A DNA stretch of 64,000 nt from contig OZ253449.1 in assembly GCA_965261345.1 (NCBI GenBank), positions 1,056,001 to 1,120,000 on the forward strand, read 5' to 3'. A model generated the notes under the pieces. The model did no database searches. It was not told the DNA's origin and worked only from the letters and a program-made list of their open reading frames with translations. This DNA is from Chloroflexota bacterium (lineage in GTDB: Bacteria > Chloroflexota > UBA11872 > VXNJ01). This document shows, in pieces, positions 31,353 through 42,425 of this stretch (position 1 is its first letter; each line of letters begins with the position of its first letter). A program made the position numbers and the translations under genes.

Positions 31353-32129
31353 ATGTCAATCCTTGCAGGCCACTGCGCCATCGTCACCGGTGCGGGTACC
31401 GGCATCGGGGTGGGAATCGCCCGTCACCTGGCCGCCGCCGGCGCCTCATTAGTGCTATCGGCCTACAACAGCTTCGAGGGCTGCCAGGCACTGGCCGATG
31501 AGCTAAATGCTGGCGGCAGCGAGGCACTGGCGATAAAGGTGGACCTGCGCGGCTCCTCTGATGCCGGCCAGCTAGTTGATGCCGCGATCGCGCGTTGGGG
31601 ACACCTGGACGTTTTGGTTAACAATGCCGGTTACACCCTGGCGCGGCCATTTATCGAATGCAGCGAGGGCGATTGGGATGATCTCTTTTCGATCAATTTG
31701 CGTTCGATGTTTATCACCTGTCGGGCGGCCGCCCCGCACATGATCGAGCGCGGCTATGGGCGAATAATCAACATTTCCTCAGTCCACGGCCTCCAGCATC
31801 TTTCAAACCTGGTCATTTACGGGGCCACCAAAGGCGGGATAAATGAATTCACGCGCGGCCTGGCAGTCGAACTGGGCCCCTCGGGCATCACCGCCAACGT
31901 GATCGCTCCCGGGGCCATCTACGTGCCGCGCTACGACCGGGTCGGGGCCGACAAGGCAACAATGGCGGCGGCGGTGCCCAATGGCAAGCTGGGCGACGTC
32001 GATGATATCGGTCGCACGGCCGCGTTTTTGGCCGATCCAGCCGCCAGCTACATCAGCGGCGAAATCATCTATGTCGATGCCGGTTTAACTTCCAAGATGG
32101 CGCTCTCCGGCGGTGCTACCCGGGCTTGA
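31353..32129 (+). CDS. SDR-family oxidoreductase
   Basis: TGAGTGIG, LVNNAG, YGATK. Confidence 0.9.
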   Translation: MSILAGHCAIVTGAGTGIGVGIARHLAAAGASLVLSAYNSFEGCQALADELNAGGSEALAIKVDLRGSSDAGQLVDAAIARWGHLDVLVNNAGYTLARPFIECSEGDWDDLFSINLRSMFITCRAAAPHMIERGYGRIINISSVHGLQHLSNLVIYGATKGGINEFTRGLAVELGPSGITANVIAPGAIYVPRYDRVGADKATMAAAVPNGKLGDVDDIGRTAAFLADPAASYISGEIIYVDAGLTSKMALSGGATRA

Positions 32130-32148
32130 GCAGGAGCCTGCCGCCCCG

Positions 32149-33096
32149 TCAATCGCCGGTTTCTAGGAAGGCCAACTGCCCGGCGGCCAGCTCGATGTCG
32201 GCCGCTTGCAGGGCCTCATCGAGCTCGGCTTGATTGGCCGTCCAGAACACCCCCAGCGAACCAAATTCCTGGTTTAGGGTGTAGGCCAGGGCAACCTGGA
32301 CCGGTGAGATCCCCAGTTGCGCGGCCAACTGGCGGGCGCGGGCCAGTCGATCCCAGTTTTCCGGCACGTAGTAGGAATCGACCATCGATTGGTTGGAGCG
32401 GTCGGCAGGATCGTAAATACCGGCAAAGAAGCCGCCACACTGGGCCGACCAGGCCAGATTGGGTTTGCCGGTGGCCCGCAGCCGCGCACGCTCGCCAGGT
32501 TTTACGTTCAGGCAGCCCGCGAATCGCGGAACCCGTTGCGTGGCCAGTCCGAAATGGTTGGACAGCAGCGCAAAGCCGGTCAGCCCGGCGTTGGCGGCAT
32601 AGGCGTTGGCGCGCTCGAAGCGATCGAGCGACCAGTTCGAGGCCCCGACGGCACGGATCCTGCCGGCGTCAAGATGCGGGTTGACCCAATCCATGATCGC
32701 GCCCACATCGACTTCAGGATTGTCGCGGTGGAAGAGCCACACGTCGATGTAGTCGCTTGCCAGCGCGTCCAGGCTGGCGGCGATGTCGGCGTCAATTTCA
32801 GGCTTTGTAATGCGACCCAGCGACTGTCCGGAAGGCGGGTGTATGCCCTTGGTAATCACGATGATCCGTTCGCGATTTCCCCGCTCGGCCATCCATTTTC
32901 CGATCACCGATTCCGAATAGGCGATCCCGTCGCGTATGGCATATATGCGGCCCGAATCGAGCGCATTGCCGCCGCCGGCAACATAAGCATCGAGCATTGC
33001 CGCATGGTGATCGAAGCTTTCCGGAAAGTAATCTTCAGTCCCCAAGACTGCTTGCGAAAGCGGAATTTTCGCTCCGGCAACCTCTACGTATCGCAT
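32149..33096 (-). CDS. Aldo/keto reductase
   Basis: GGNALDSGRIY, TKG, FHRDNP, IRAVGASNW. Confidence 0.85.
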   Translation of the reverse strand: MRYVEVAGAKIPLSQAVLGTEDYFPESFDHHAAMLDAYVAGGGNALDSGRIYAIRDGIAYSESVIGKWMAERGNRERIIVITKGIHPPSGQSLGRITKPEIDADIAASLDALASDYIDVWLFHRDNPEVDVGAIMDWVNPHLDAGRIRAVGASNWSLDRFERANAYAANAGLTGFALLSNHFGLATQRVPRFAGCLNVKPGERARLRATGKPNLAWSAQCGGFFAGIYDPADRSNQSMVDSYYVPENWDRLARARQLAAQLGISPVQVALAYTLNQEFGSLGVFWTANQAELDEALQAADIELAAGQLAFLETGD

Positions 33097-33228
33097 CGCT
33101 CTTAAACCCGATTCGACTATGCCCCGCACCCCTGCGCCCGGCAGGCCCCGGAGCATTTATTCTGACCCGCATTCTTGCCTGAACCGGTCGCCGATCAGTC
33201 GGCCAATTCCCGACCAGCCCGGCGCCCG

Positions 33229-34192
33229 TTAGCCGGATTCGAGGAAATCCAACTGCGCCGGCGTGAGCGTCACGCTGGCAGCTTCCAAGGATTGCTCCAG
33301 CTCGAATCGGTCGGCCGCCCAGAACACCCCCAGCGACCCAAAATCCTGGTTAAGGGTGTAGGCCAGAGCAACCTGGGTGGGGGCGAGCCCCATTGCCCTT
33401 GCCAGTTGCCGTGCGCGGTCGCGGCGGGGCGAAGTTGCCCGGGTGCGCGTAGGCGGCAGCGAACTCCCGATCAACGCCGGCCGATTGGTTATCAGTGGAT
33501 GCGAAGAAGCCGCCACACTGGGCTGACCAGGCCAGGTTGGGGACCCCCAAACCGGTCAACCGGGCGCGGTCAGCCGGGTCGACATTGCGTGCGCCCGGCC
33601 AGCGCGGGGCCAGCTGGGTGGCCAGGCCGAAATGATTGGACAGCAGCGAAATTCCCGGCAGGTTGTTGGCGGGCGCGTATTGGTTGGCGGCCTCAATTCG
33701 ATCCAGCGACCAGTTGGAAGCCCCCCGCACACCGATCGGCTGTGCGCTGATATGGGCGCGGGTCCAACTTCCGATCGCTGCCACCTCAACATTCGGGTTG
33801 TCGCGATGGAACATCCAGATGTCGATGTGGTCAGTCCCCAGCCGGTCGAAGCTGGACCTGATGTCGTAGTCGATGTAGGCCTTAGTCGTTCGCGCCAGGC
33901 CGAGACCGCGCGGACGTCGGTGCGCCCCCTTGGTGATGAGTACGACCCGGTCACGGTTGCCGCGTTCGGCCATTCAGCGGCCCAGCAGCAGCTCGGCCTC
34001 GCCACAACCGTTGGGCCAGCCCCGACCGCGCATTGCATAGAGGCGGGCGGTATCGATCGCGTTCCCTCCACCACGCAGATAGGCATCAAGCATTCGGCCG
34101 CGGAAAGCGTAGTCGGAAAGAAAATATCGCTCGGTTCACAGGACCGCTCGGGCGACCGGTCGCCCGATCCCAAGAATCTCAAGGCAGCGCAT
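33229..34192 (-). pseudogene. Degenerate tandem copy of the adjacent aldo/keto reductase
   Basis: Shared blocks (MAERGNR, FHRDNP, GASNWSLDR, LLSNHFGLATQ, PNLAWSAQCGGFFA, QVALAYTLNQ) spread over several frames; TGA in place of Gly in AVL-G-TE. Confidence 0.8.
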
Positions 34193-34293
34193 CAGCAACC
34201 GTTCCAGGCGGCTGGATTTTCGCCCCCGCGTGGGAGAATCGCAGGTTGATTGGGGCCAGCGCATATTCTGGCCGCCACGGACGGAAGGTCAAG

Positions 34294-34749
34294 TTGGACG
34301 CAGCCGATATCGCTCCCGATTTTCAGATTCCCTCCACCGGCGGGGGTGATGTCTCGCTTGCTGCAGCAGTAGCGTCAGGCAAGGTCATACTCGCTTTTTA
34401 CCCCAAGTCGTTTACAAGTGGCTGCACCCACGAGATGGAGGTTCTGCGATTCCTGCACCCACGCTTTGCCGCCGCCGGGGTCGAGATCTTTGGCGTCTCG
34501 GTTGACGACATTGAAACCCAGCACCGCTTCAAGAAAACGCTCGGCCTGCCATTTGAGCTTTTGGCCGACGATGACAGCGCGGCGCGGGCGCTCGGTTGCC
34601 TGCGCGAATCGGGCAAGGCCGAACGCGACGTATATGTCATCGGACCCGGCCGCGAGATTGAATACGCGGTCCACAAGCTAGACCCGCGCTCAGAGGACCA
34701 ATACCGGTCACTTTTGGTAGCAGTCGGCGCTGATGCCGAAAACCTCTAG
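34294..34749 (+). CDS. Peroxiredoxin (Bcp/AhpC-TSA family)
   Basis: APDFQIP, FYPKSFTSGCTHE, GVSVD, LPFELLAD; start uncertain. Confidence 0.82.
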   Translation: MDAADIAPDFQIPSTGGGDVSLAAAVASGKVILAFYPKSFTSGCTHEMEVLRFLHPRFAAAGVEIFGVSVDDIETQHRFKKTLGLPFELLADDDSAARALGCLRESGKAERDVYVIGPGREIEYAVHKLDPRSEDQYRSLLVAVGADAENL

Positions 34750-34764
34750 TCGAGGATTTCGGCA

Positions 34765-35634
34765 TCAGCCGGATTGCGGGAAGTCGCGCCACGCCGTCAA
34801 CAGGAACCCAAACCCCAGCAGCACCAGCGCATAGACCGAGAGCAAACCAATCGCCTGCGGTCGGGTAGGTCCGGAATAACCAGCGGAGAAATCACCGTCA
34901 TCGGCAATCCCGGCAAAGACCTCCATTAGAGTGCCTTGTCCGTAGGCGGTCGGCTCGAGTCGGTGCGGTAGGTAGTCGGGCAGGGCGTCCCAGAACCCGT
35001 CCCCGACGGCGGCGGCGATCTCGGTGATAAATGGCACGAAAAGGAAGAACACGAACGGTATCGCCATCCCGGCGGCAGCCGAGCGGGTGAGCACCGCGGT
35101 GGAGAAAGCGACAAATCCGTAAAAGAGCAGGATCCCGATCGAGGCCGCGAAGCGGTCGGCCAGATCGACTAGGAAGCCGCGCGGCGGCGAGATCGATATC
35201 GTGTCGAAGATGTAGTCGCCGGCCAGCATGAAAATCCCGGAGAGGACCATCGTCGCGGTCACCGCCATCACGACCGAGCCAACCAGCGCCAGGAGCTTGG
35301 CCAGCAACACCTCGTGCCGGGCCGGCCCGCGCGCAAACAGCTGGCGGATCGTACCCCAACTAAATTCAGATCCGACCGCAAAAGCGGCGAAGATGACCGC
35401 CAAGTAGGAGCCGAACTGGACATTTAGCGCCAGCACAACCAGAAACCCCTGCGGGAAGCCGATCAGCGACCCTAGGGTCTGGGTCAGCCCGACGTCGTCA
35501 TCCAGCTGGATTTGCGATACCAGCTTGAAAAGCACGATCGTGGCCGGACCGATCAGGAGCAACAGGGCAAGCAGCACCCAGGACATCCGGCGGCCCAGGA
35601 TCTTTTGGAATTCGGCCGCCACGAGGCCGCTCAC
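34765..35634 (-). CDS. ABC-2-type transporter permease
   Basis: Multi-TM protein, GSEFSWGTIR..R..VLLAK; coupled to the ATPase gene. Confidence 0.82.
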   Translation of the reverse strand: MSGLVAAEFQKILGRRMSWVLLALLLLIGPATIVLFKLVSQIQLDDDVGLTQTLGSLIGFPQGFLVVLALNVQFGSYLAVIFAAFAVGSEFSWGTIRQLFARGPARHEVLLAKLLALVGSVVMAVTATMVLSGIFMLAGDYIFDTISISPPRGFLVDLADRFAASIGILLFYGFVAFSTAVLTRSAAAGMAIPFVFFLFVPFITEIAAAVGDGFWDALPDYLPHRLEPTAYGQGTLMEVFAGIADDGDFSAGYSGPTRPQAIGLLSVYALVLLGFGFLLTAWRDFPQSG

Positions 35635-36596
35635 GCTTCTCCCCGATCCTTAGTCTGGTCGAGGAAGAACGTCTCCAGATCGACTCCGGCCGAGGCGATT
35701 CCACTCACTCGCACGCCGGCTTCGACCAGGGCCGCGTTGACTTTACCCGCGTCTAGCTGATCTACATGAACGACCAGTTCGTTATTTAGCTCACGCGAAC
35801 TCGACCACCCGTTTTCGCCCAGCACGGCGATCGCGGCGGCGGGGTCGTCCACGCTAAAGCGCACCCCGCGCCCGCTGGTTAGCAGGTCTGACACGCGTCC
35901 CTGCACGACGGTTTTGCCAGATACCAGAATGCCGACTCGATCACAGGTTTGCTCTACTTCGGCCAACAGGTGCGAGGAGAGGATCACGGTGGCCCGGGAG
36001 TTCTGGGCGACGCTGCGGATGAGGTTGCGAAACTCGTGGGCGCCGGCCGGGTCCAAACCGGCGGTCGGCTCGTCGAGGACCAGCAATTCCGGATCGACCA
36101 TCAGCGCGTTGGCCAAACCAAGGCGTTGGCGCATGCCGGTCGAGTAGGTCTTGAATTTGGAATCGGCGCGGTCGAGTAAGCGGACCGCATCGAGCACCTC
36201 ATCGATCCGGCGACGCTCGATCGAGCCCCAGTAACGGCCCATTACTTCAAGATTCTTGCGCCCCGAAAGATAGGGGTAGAAAAGCGGCGCCTCGATCACC
36301 GCGCCAACGCGGCGCAGCAACTCCGGGCGACCTTGCTTGATGTCCTGGCCAAACAGTTCGATCCCACCAGATTGCGGCTTGATCAGGCCCAGGAGCACGC
36401 CCAGAAACGTCGTCTTGCCGGCCCCGTTGGGTCCCAGCAACCCGTACACGCAGCCGCGCGGCACGTCCAACTCCATTCCCGCGAGAGCCTGCACCCTGCC
36501 GTAGCGCTTGCTCAGCCCACGCGCCCGAATGGCCAGTTGATTCCCACCATCGTTTCGATTGACGACGGTCGGCGCTGAATCTTGGAGGTTCTGCAT
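35631..36596 (-). CDS. ABC transporter ATP-binding protein
   Basis: GPNGAGKTT, YSTGMRQR, LDEPTAGLD, SSH. Confidence 0.92.
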   Translation of the reverse strand: MQNLQDSAPTVVNRNDGGNQLAIRARGLSKRYGRVQALAGMELDVPRGCVYGLLGPNGAGKTTFLGVLLGLIKPQSGGIELFGQDIKQGRPELLRRVGAVIEAPLFYPYLSGRKNLEVMGRYWGSIERRRIDEVLDAVRLLDRADSKFKTYSTGMRQRLGLANALMVDPELLVLDEPTAGLDPAGAHEFRNLIRSVAQNSRATVILSSHLLAEVEQTCDRVGILVSGKTVVQGRVSDLLTSGRGVRFSVDDPAAAIAVLGENGWSSSRELNNELVVHVDQLDAGKVNAALVEAGVRVSGIASAGVDLETFFLDQTKDRGEA

Positions 36597-36768
36597 ATGG
36601 CATCGCCATTCTCGCACGCAATACCCGCGCCGATGGGGTGGGGGTTGCTCCCGGTGGGTTATCCGAACCGCAATTTTGGGGTCCGATTGGGCCGCCCGCG
36701 GGGCGCCTTTGGCAAAATTGGAATGAACGCCTCCGCAGCGGGCGCGGCCAGCGCCAGGACCAAGGTTC

Positions 36769-38256
36769 GTGCGCACCCAGCTAACGATCGACCGACACAA
36801 CCAAATCGCCCGGGTCCAGCCCAAGCTCTATAGCCATTTCATCGAACACCTGGGCAATTGCACCTATCCCGGGATCTGGGTAGGGCGGCAGTCGCCAATC
36901 GCCGGCCTCGATGGTCTGCGCCGGTATACGGTCGAAAAGCTGCGCGGGGTCAGCCGGGGGACCGTCTACCGCTGGCCCGGCGGCTGTTTTGCCGACCATT
37001 ACCACTGGCGCGACGGCATCGGTGACCCGGCCGAGCGCCCGGTTACCCGCAATATCTGGTGGGGTGGACCGGAAACCAATCAATTCGGAACCCACGAATT
37101 CATGCGTTTTGCCCAGGAGCTGGAGGCCGACACCTATGTGTGCGGAAATATCGGCTCGGGAACACCTTCCGAAATGATGGATTGGCTCGAATACTGCAAC
37201 GCCGCCGAAGGCGAACACAGCCTGGCCCGGCAGCGGGCGGCCAACGGGCATCCCGCTCCATTCGGGGCCAAGTGGTGGGGAGTGGGCAACGAGAACTGGG
37301 GTTGCGGAGGGACCCTGCGGGCCGAAGAATACGCCGCCGCCTTCCGCCGCTACGCCAACTACCTGGGGAAAATCCGCCAGGGGGCCGAGCTGGTGGCGGT
37401 CGGGCACACGCCGGAGTGGAACCGACGGTTTCTAAGCGGGCTGCGCGGCGAGCGGTCTTTTGCCAATCTGGACCACCTCTCGCTGCATCGTTACCTCTTC
37501 AACGGCGGACCCGATGTGGGCTTTAGCGACGAGGACTATTACGCCTTGATGTCCGAGCTGCAGGTGGTTGAAGACGACCTTATCCGAGCCGATGGAATTC
37601 TGGCCCACCACGAGGATCCCGGCAAGCCGATCGGGATCGTATTTGATGAGTGGGGCGTATGGTGCCGCTCGGTGGCGCGCCCCGAAAATAGAGTTGAGCA
37701 GATAAACACCGTGCGCGAGGCGATTTGCGGGGCGGTAATGCTCGACTACTTTACGAACTATTCGCACCGGGTCGTAATGAGCAACGTTGCCCAGACTGTA
37801 AACGTGCTCCAATGCCTGGTGAAGGTCGACGGCCACGCCAACTGGACAACTCCCAACCTGGACATCTTCGAGTTCTACCGCTCGCACGTGGGCAACGATG
37901 CGGTCGCGGTTGCCGACGACGGCCCGTCGCTCTTCGCCTCCGGCGACGCCGGCCGGCCGGTCCGGCAGATCAGCGCCTCGGCCTCGATCGCCCCCGACGG
38001 ATCATCGGGCAGTCTCTGCCTAACCAACCTGCACCTGACCGAATCGATTCGGATCCGCGCCCGGGTGGTCGAATCCGGAGTTGTATCGTCCAGCGCTCTG
38101 GTTCTGAGCTCGGGCGACCCAGGTCACCACAACAGTGCTAACGATCCCGACCGGGTGCGATCGCAGATTCATCCCTCCCGGGCAATCGACGGCCAGCTGG
38201 AAATCGACGTCCCCCCGCACGCCACGGTGCAGGTGTGGCTTGAACTTGCCGCCTAG
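36769..38256 (+). CDS. Alpha-L-arabinofuranosidase (GH51)
   Basis: FIEHLG, RWPGGCFAD.YHW, GVGNENWGCGG, FDEWGVW, AQTVNVLQ. Confidence 0.9.
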   Translation: MRTQLTIDRHNQIARVQPKLYSHFIEHLGNCTYPGIWVGRQSPIAGLDGLRRYTVEKLRGVSRGTVYRWPGGCFADHYHWRDGIGDPAERPVTRNIWWGGPETNQFGTHEFMRFAQELEADTYVCGNIGSGTPSEMMDWLEYCNAAEGEHSLARQRAANGHPAPFGAKWWGVGNENWGCGGTLRAEEYAAAFRRYANYLGKIRQGAELVAVGHTPEWNRRFLSGLRGERSFANLDHLSLHRYLFNGGPDVGFSDEDYYALMSELQVVEDDLIRADGILAHHEDPGKPIGIVFDEWGVWCRSVARPENRVEQINTVREAICGAVMLDYFTNYSHRVVMSNVAQTVNVLQCLVKVDGHANWTTPNLDIFEFYRSHVGNDAVAVADDGPSLFASGDAGRPVRQISASASIAPDGSSGSLCLTNLHLTESIRIRARVVESGVVSSSALVLSSGDPGHHNSANDPDRVRSQIHPSRAIDGQLEIDVPPHATVQVWLELAA

Positions 38257-38283
38257 AAGAGCCCCGATCCCAGGGACGACGCA

Positions 38284-39183
38284 GTGAAAATCCTGGTAAC
38301 CGGCGGCGGCGGTGACATCGGGTCGACGGTGGTGCGGCGGCTGATGGCCGACCACAACATCACGATTCTGGATCGGTCCCGATCGCCCGATCATCCCGAT
38401 CTGCCGCATTTGCTGGTGGACCTTGAAAACGCCAAAATGACCGCCTCGGTGGTGCGCGGGTTCGACCGGGTGGTGCATCTGGCCGCCATCCCCGACCCCT
38501 CATCGGGCCCGGCCGACGTCGTGTTTCGGGTAAATACGCTAACTACCTTCAATCTGCTCGAGGCTGTCCGCGCCAACCGGATTGCCCGGATCGTCTACGG
38601 CTGTTCGGAATCGGCTTCTGGATTTGGCATACACAACCGGCGCTTCAAGCCGCTGTATCTGCCAATCGACGAAAGCCATCCGTCGATCCCGCACGAAGCC
38701 TACGGATCGAGCAAATTGATCGGCGAGATCCTGTGTCGCCAATATGCCCACGCCTACGACATCGAAGCGATTTCCCTGCGCTACGCCTGGGCCTGGGGCG
38801 GGCGCCGCAACCGCGAAAGCTGGCTGAAGATCCTCTCCCGTGGGTCTGGCGGCGGGAGCAAGGACTGGTTGGGGGCCTGGATTGCCCATGACGATATCGC
38901 CCAGGCGGTTCAGCTGGCCTGCGAGTACCAGTTTCCGCTTCCGCTGCCGAGATTCGAGCGCTTTTACCTAACCGCCCGCGACAATTTCACCGACCTCGAT
39001 TCGCTGGCGCTGGCCAATCGCCATTGGCCGGTCGATCCACCCGAAATCGTTAAGCCCGAACTGTTTGCGCAGAATCCGCAGGCCTCGCTATTTGACCTGG
39101 ACAAGGCCAGGCGGCTGCTCGGTTACAGCCCGCAGGTCGCGATGGCCGATATGCGCTCCCGCTTCGGGGTAGAGCGGGCATGA
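38284..39183 (+). CDS. NAD-dependent epimerase/dehydratase
   Basis: ILVTGGGGDIG, VVHLAAIP, YGSSK. Confidence 0.88.
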   Translation: MKILVTGGGGDIGSTVVRRLMADHNITILDRSRSPDHPDLPHLLVDLENAKMTASVVRGFDRVVHLAAIPDPSSGPADVVFRVNTLTTFNLLEAVRANRIARIVYGCSESASGFGIHNRRFKPLYLPIDESHPSIPHEAYGSSKLIGEILCRQYAHAYDIEAISLRYAWAWGGRRNRESWLKILSRGSGGGSKDWLGAWIAHDDIAQAVQLACEYQFPLPLPRFERFYLTARDNFTDLDSLALANRHWPVDPPEIVKPELFAQNPQASLFDLDKARRLLGYSPQVAMADMRSRFGVERA

Positions 39184-40046
39184 GCGTGCGGATCGCTTTC
39201 CTGGCTGGACTGGGCTTTGCCTGCTGGCCGGTCGATCGGGTAGTTAAGACGCTCGGCGATTTGGGCTACGAGGGTATTGAATGGACGACCGCCCATTTTT
39301 CGCCGCGGGATCCGGCCAAGGCCCGCCGGGCGGTCGAGCTGACTCGCGGAGCGGGCCTTGAGGTTTCGCGAATCATGGCCCACGAGGATTTCGTCTGCCT
39401 AGACGATGCCGAACGCGAGCGTCGGATCGATGCGGTGATCGGTTCAGTTCAGCTCGCCGGCGAATTGGACGTTGCCACGGTCGGCTCGATGACCGGCCCG
39501 GCCCCCTGGGATCGCGGGGCTCCAAGGGTGGGCGTTGACATTGCCGAGGGCGAGGCCTGGGAAATGGCGCTGGACGCCCACCGGCGGATCGCCCGGGTCG
39601 CCGAACGAAGCGGGGTCACCATTTCGTCGGAGGGTGTGTTCGGAATGCTGGCCCACGATTTCTACTCGCACCGCTACCTGCTCGAACAGGTTGATTCGCC
39701 CGCGCTGGCGGTTAACTTCGACCCGTCGCACGGAATCTTAAGCGGCAATCTTGACATTGCCTGGATGATCGAACGGTGGGCGGGCAATATCGTTCACTGC
39801 CATCTAAAAGATGCGGTCGGGATTTCGCAGCGGGTTGGCGAATTCGTTTTTCCGCTTCTGGGCGAGGGTCGAGTTGACTGGACGGGCTTCTTCCAGGCCC
39901 TGGAGAAGATCGGATACCAGGGATTCGCCTCGGTCGAATTTGAAAGCTGGGACTATCTGCGTCAGGTACTTGGCAACGACCCGGCGCGCGCGGCGGCCAT
40001 CAGCATCCGCCAGGTAAGGGCGCTGCGCGAACAGGCCCGCGCCTAA
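39180..40046 (+). CDS. Sugar phosphate isomerase/epimerase (TIM barrel)
   Basis: GYEGIE, NFDPSH, HCHLKD, GEGRVDW, SVEFE. Confidence 0.85.
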   Translation: MSVRIAFLAGLGFACWPVDRVVKTLGDLGYEGIEWTTAHFSPRDPAKARRAVELTRGAGLEVSRIMAHEDFVCLDDAERERRIDAVIGSVQLAGELDVATVGSMTGPAPWDRGAPRVGVDIAEGEAWEMALDAHRRIARVAERSGVTISSEGVFGMLAHDFYSHRYLLEQVDSPALAVNFDPSHGILSGNLDIAWMIERWAGNIVHCHLKDAVGISQRVGEFVFPLLGEGRVDWTGFFQALEKIGYQGFASVEFESWDYLRQVLGNDPARAAAISIRQVRALREQARA

Positions 40047-40097
40047 ACGGACCTTTCCCGGACCGGACAAGCCCAGTGGGCAACCCCGGCACGACCC

Positions 40098-40970
40098 CTA
40101 GGTCGGCACGATTGCCAGGCGCGGTTCGGCAAACCGCGGGTGGTGGCCGGCAACTACCGCCTGCTGTTCGCGCCCATTAAGGCGCCGGAACCGCTCGGCG
40201 GCAGAAATGAGGTCTGGCAGCAGCGAGACCTCGCCGGTACCCGGCGCGGTGTGCACCCGCTGGGAAAAAAGCCAGTTGGCGGCATCATCGATTTCGCCGC
40301 TCTCGCGCAGCGGGTCATACCAGGTCGTACAGTCCTTTTCAGCCGATCCCCAGCCGCCGCGGACAAGAATCTTTATGCACTGGATGCCCACATCGTGCTC
40401 GTTGCAGTAGTCGATCAGCGCCTGGGCGTCTTGGCGGTATTGGCGGTTGCCCCACAGACCCTTGGCCACCGGAAACATGACCGTGTCGAAGTCAAAGCGC
40501 TTCAATCCAGCCAATATCACCGACGGTACATACGGACCATGCCCGGTTATCCCCAGCCAGCGGGTGTGGCCCTGCTCACGCATTTCCCGGAGCGCGGCGA
40601 TGGCCCCGTCCGGATCAAGCGCGGCGTCCAACTCGGCCATCGTGGTGACCGCGTGCAGCTGGAACAGATCGAATCGATCGGTCTGCAGACGCTCAAAGGT
40701 CGTGCGGATGTCGGCCCAGGCCTCGGTCTTGGTGCGCCCCTGGGTCTTGCAACCCAAAAACACCTTCTCGCGGATCCGCGGTAGCCAGCTTCGCATTCGC
40801 TCCATTGCCTGGCCGTAGGCCGGGGCGATGTCGACGTGGTTGACACCCGCGTCAAGGTAGTGTCGCATTGCCGTATCGACCGCAGCCTGGTCGACGCGGC
40901 CGAATGCGGCGGCACCGACGGTGATGATTGTGCTCTGGTGGCCGGTCCGGCCAAGCCTTCGCTGTTCCAT
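40098..40970 (-). CDS. Aldo/keto reductase
   Basis: RRLGRTG, DIAPAYG, DLFQLHAV, GITGHG. Confidence 0.88.
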   Translation of the reverse strand: MEQRRLGRTGHQSTIITVGAAAFGRVDQAAVDTAMRHYLDAGVNHVDIAPAYGQAMERMRSWLPRIREKVFLGCKTQGRTKTEAWADIRTTFERLQTDRFDLFQLHAVTTMAELDAALDPDGAIAALREMREQGHTRWLGITGHGPYVPSVILAGLKRFDFDTVMFPVAKGLWGNRQYRQDAQALIDYCNEHDVGIQCIKILVRGGWGSAEKDCTTWYDPLRESGEIDDAANWLFSQRVHTAPGTGEVSLLPDLISAAERFRRLNGREQQAVVAGHHPRFAEPRLAIVPT

Positions 40971-40979
40971 GGTGGTTAC

Positions 40980-42425
40980 CTACCAAACTGAGAGCCGCTC
41001 GGGCAGGGGATCGACGGTAAAGGCCATCCGGTCGGCCAGGCGCTCATAGAGTTCAAGTTTTAGCGACCGATGTTCGGCGCTGTCCCAAAGATTGGTGTTT
41101 TCGCCCGGGTCGGTCCGCAGGTCGTATAGCTCCCCGCTCCCGGTCCCGTGCGCCACCACCAGTTTTGCATTGCGGGTGCGCACCATGGTTACCTGGGCCG
41201 ATGGCTCCATGTGCCAGGGCATGGCGTTGTAGTACTCCGAATAGATATCCTCGCGGTGCCGATGCCGATCCGCCTGGCCGGTCAATATCGGCCACAGGCT
41301 CTGGGCCTGCATTCCGGGCGGGCGCGCTTGTTCGCAGGCATCCAGGATGGTGGGGGCGATGTCGGAGAGTTCCACCAGCGCGCCGGACCGCACCCCGGCG
41401 CCGACCCGGCCCGGCCAGGAAACGATCAGCGGGACCCGCAGCGCGCACTCGTACATGTACGGACCCTTCCAGTAGATGCCGTGGTCGCCGAGCATCTCGC
41501 CGTGATCGGACATAAAAATCACGATCGTATTTTCGGCCTGACCACTCTCTTCCAGGTGGGCAAGCAGGCGTCCGACCTGGTCATCGACCAGGTCGCACAT
41601 CGCAAAGTAGGCAGCCTTTATCAGGCGGTGATCGTAATCGGACATTTCCGGGTAGACGTGGGCCTTCGCGGTGGCGTAGGCGCCCTCGTGATCGATTCGC
41701 TGGAAGTGCGGCTTGTTGGCCAATTCGCCATCCACGAAATTGGGCAGCGGTAGGTCGTTTAGTCGGTCCAAGTAACGCTCCAGGTATTCGCGTGGAGGAT
41801 CGAACGCGTGATGCGGGTCGAAGATGTTTACCGAATAGAGCCAGGGGGCTTCAAACCCCGCCCGGGCATTGATAAAGTCCATGGCCTTATTAACGCACCA
41901 AGTGGTCTGGTGCCACGGGGCGTCCATCGCCACGTTCACGTGCGGGTTCCCCTGGTAGGGTTCGCTCTGGTAGGAGAGGCCGTTCTGTTCGAGCCAGTTG
42001 ATGTATTGATTGTTGGGCCAATTGCGCCCGGGATGGTGTGACCAATCAAAGACCGCGTACCCGTCGTCAATGCGGCGCTCGCCAACCGGAGCCGCTTCCT
42101 CGTTGCAGGCCGAGATGTGCAATTTGCCGGAGAGCCCGCAAAAATATCCGGCATCGGCAAGCTGCTTGGTGATCAACAGCTCATCGGCCGGAATGTTGGC
42201 TCCGTTTTGTCGTCCGCGGCAGGTCCGCGGATAACGCCCGGTCAAAAAACTGGACCGCGAAGGGGTGCAGACTGAACTCTGCGAATAGCACCAGTCAAAG
42301 GTGGTGCCCGATTCGGCCAAGCGGTCGATATTCGGGGTTTTGACCCAATCGTTGCCGTAGACGCCAAGGGTGTCCCAGCGCTGTTGGTCAGTACAGATCC
42401 AGAGGATGTTGGGGGGTTGGGACAT
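40980..42425 (-). CDS. Sulfatase
   Basis: PNILWICTDQQR, CTPSR, GKLH, SDHGEMLGDHG. Confidence 0.92.
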   Translation of the reverse strand: MSQPPNILWICTDQQRWDTLGVYGNDWVKTPNIDRLAESGTTFDWCYSQSSVCTPSRSSFLTGRYPRTCRGRQNGANIPADELLITKQLADAGYFCGLSGKLHISACNEEAAPVGERRIDDGYAVFDWSHHPGRNWPNNQYINWLEQNGLSYQSEPYQGNPHVNVAMDAPWHQTTWCVNKAMDFINARAGFEAPWLYSVNIFDPHHAFDPPREYLERYLDRLNDLPLPNFVDGELANKPHFQRIDHEGAYATAKAHVYPEMSDYDHRLIKAAYFAMCDLVDDQVGRLLAHLEESGQAENTIVIFMSDHGEMLGDHGIYWKGPYMYECALRVPLIVSWPGRVGAGVRSGALVELSDIAPTILDACEQARPPGMQAQSLWPILTGQADRHRHREDIYSEYYNAMPWHMEPSAQVTMVRTRNAKLVVAHGTGSGELYDLRTDPGENTNLWDSAEHRSLKLELYERLADRMAFTVDPLPERLSVW

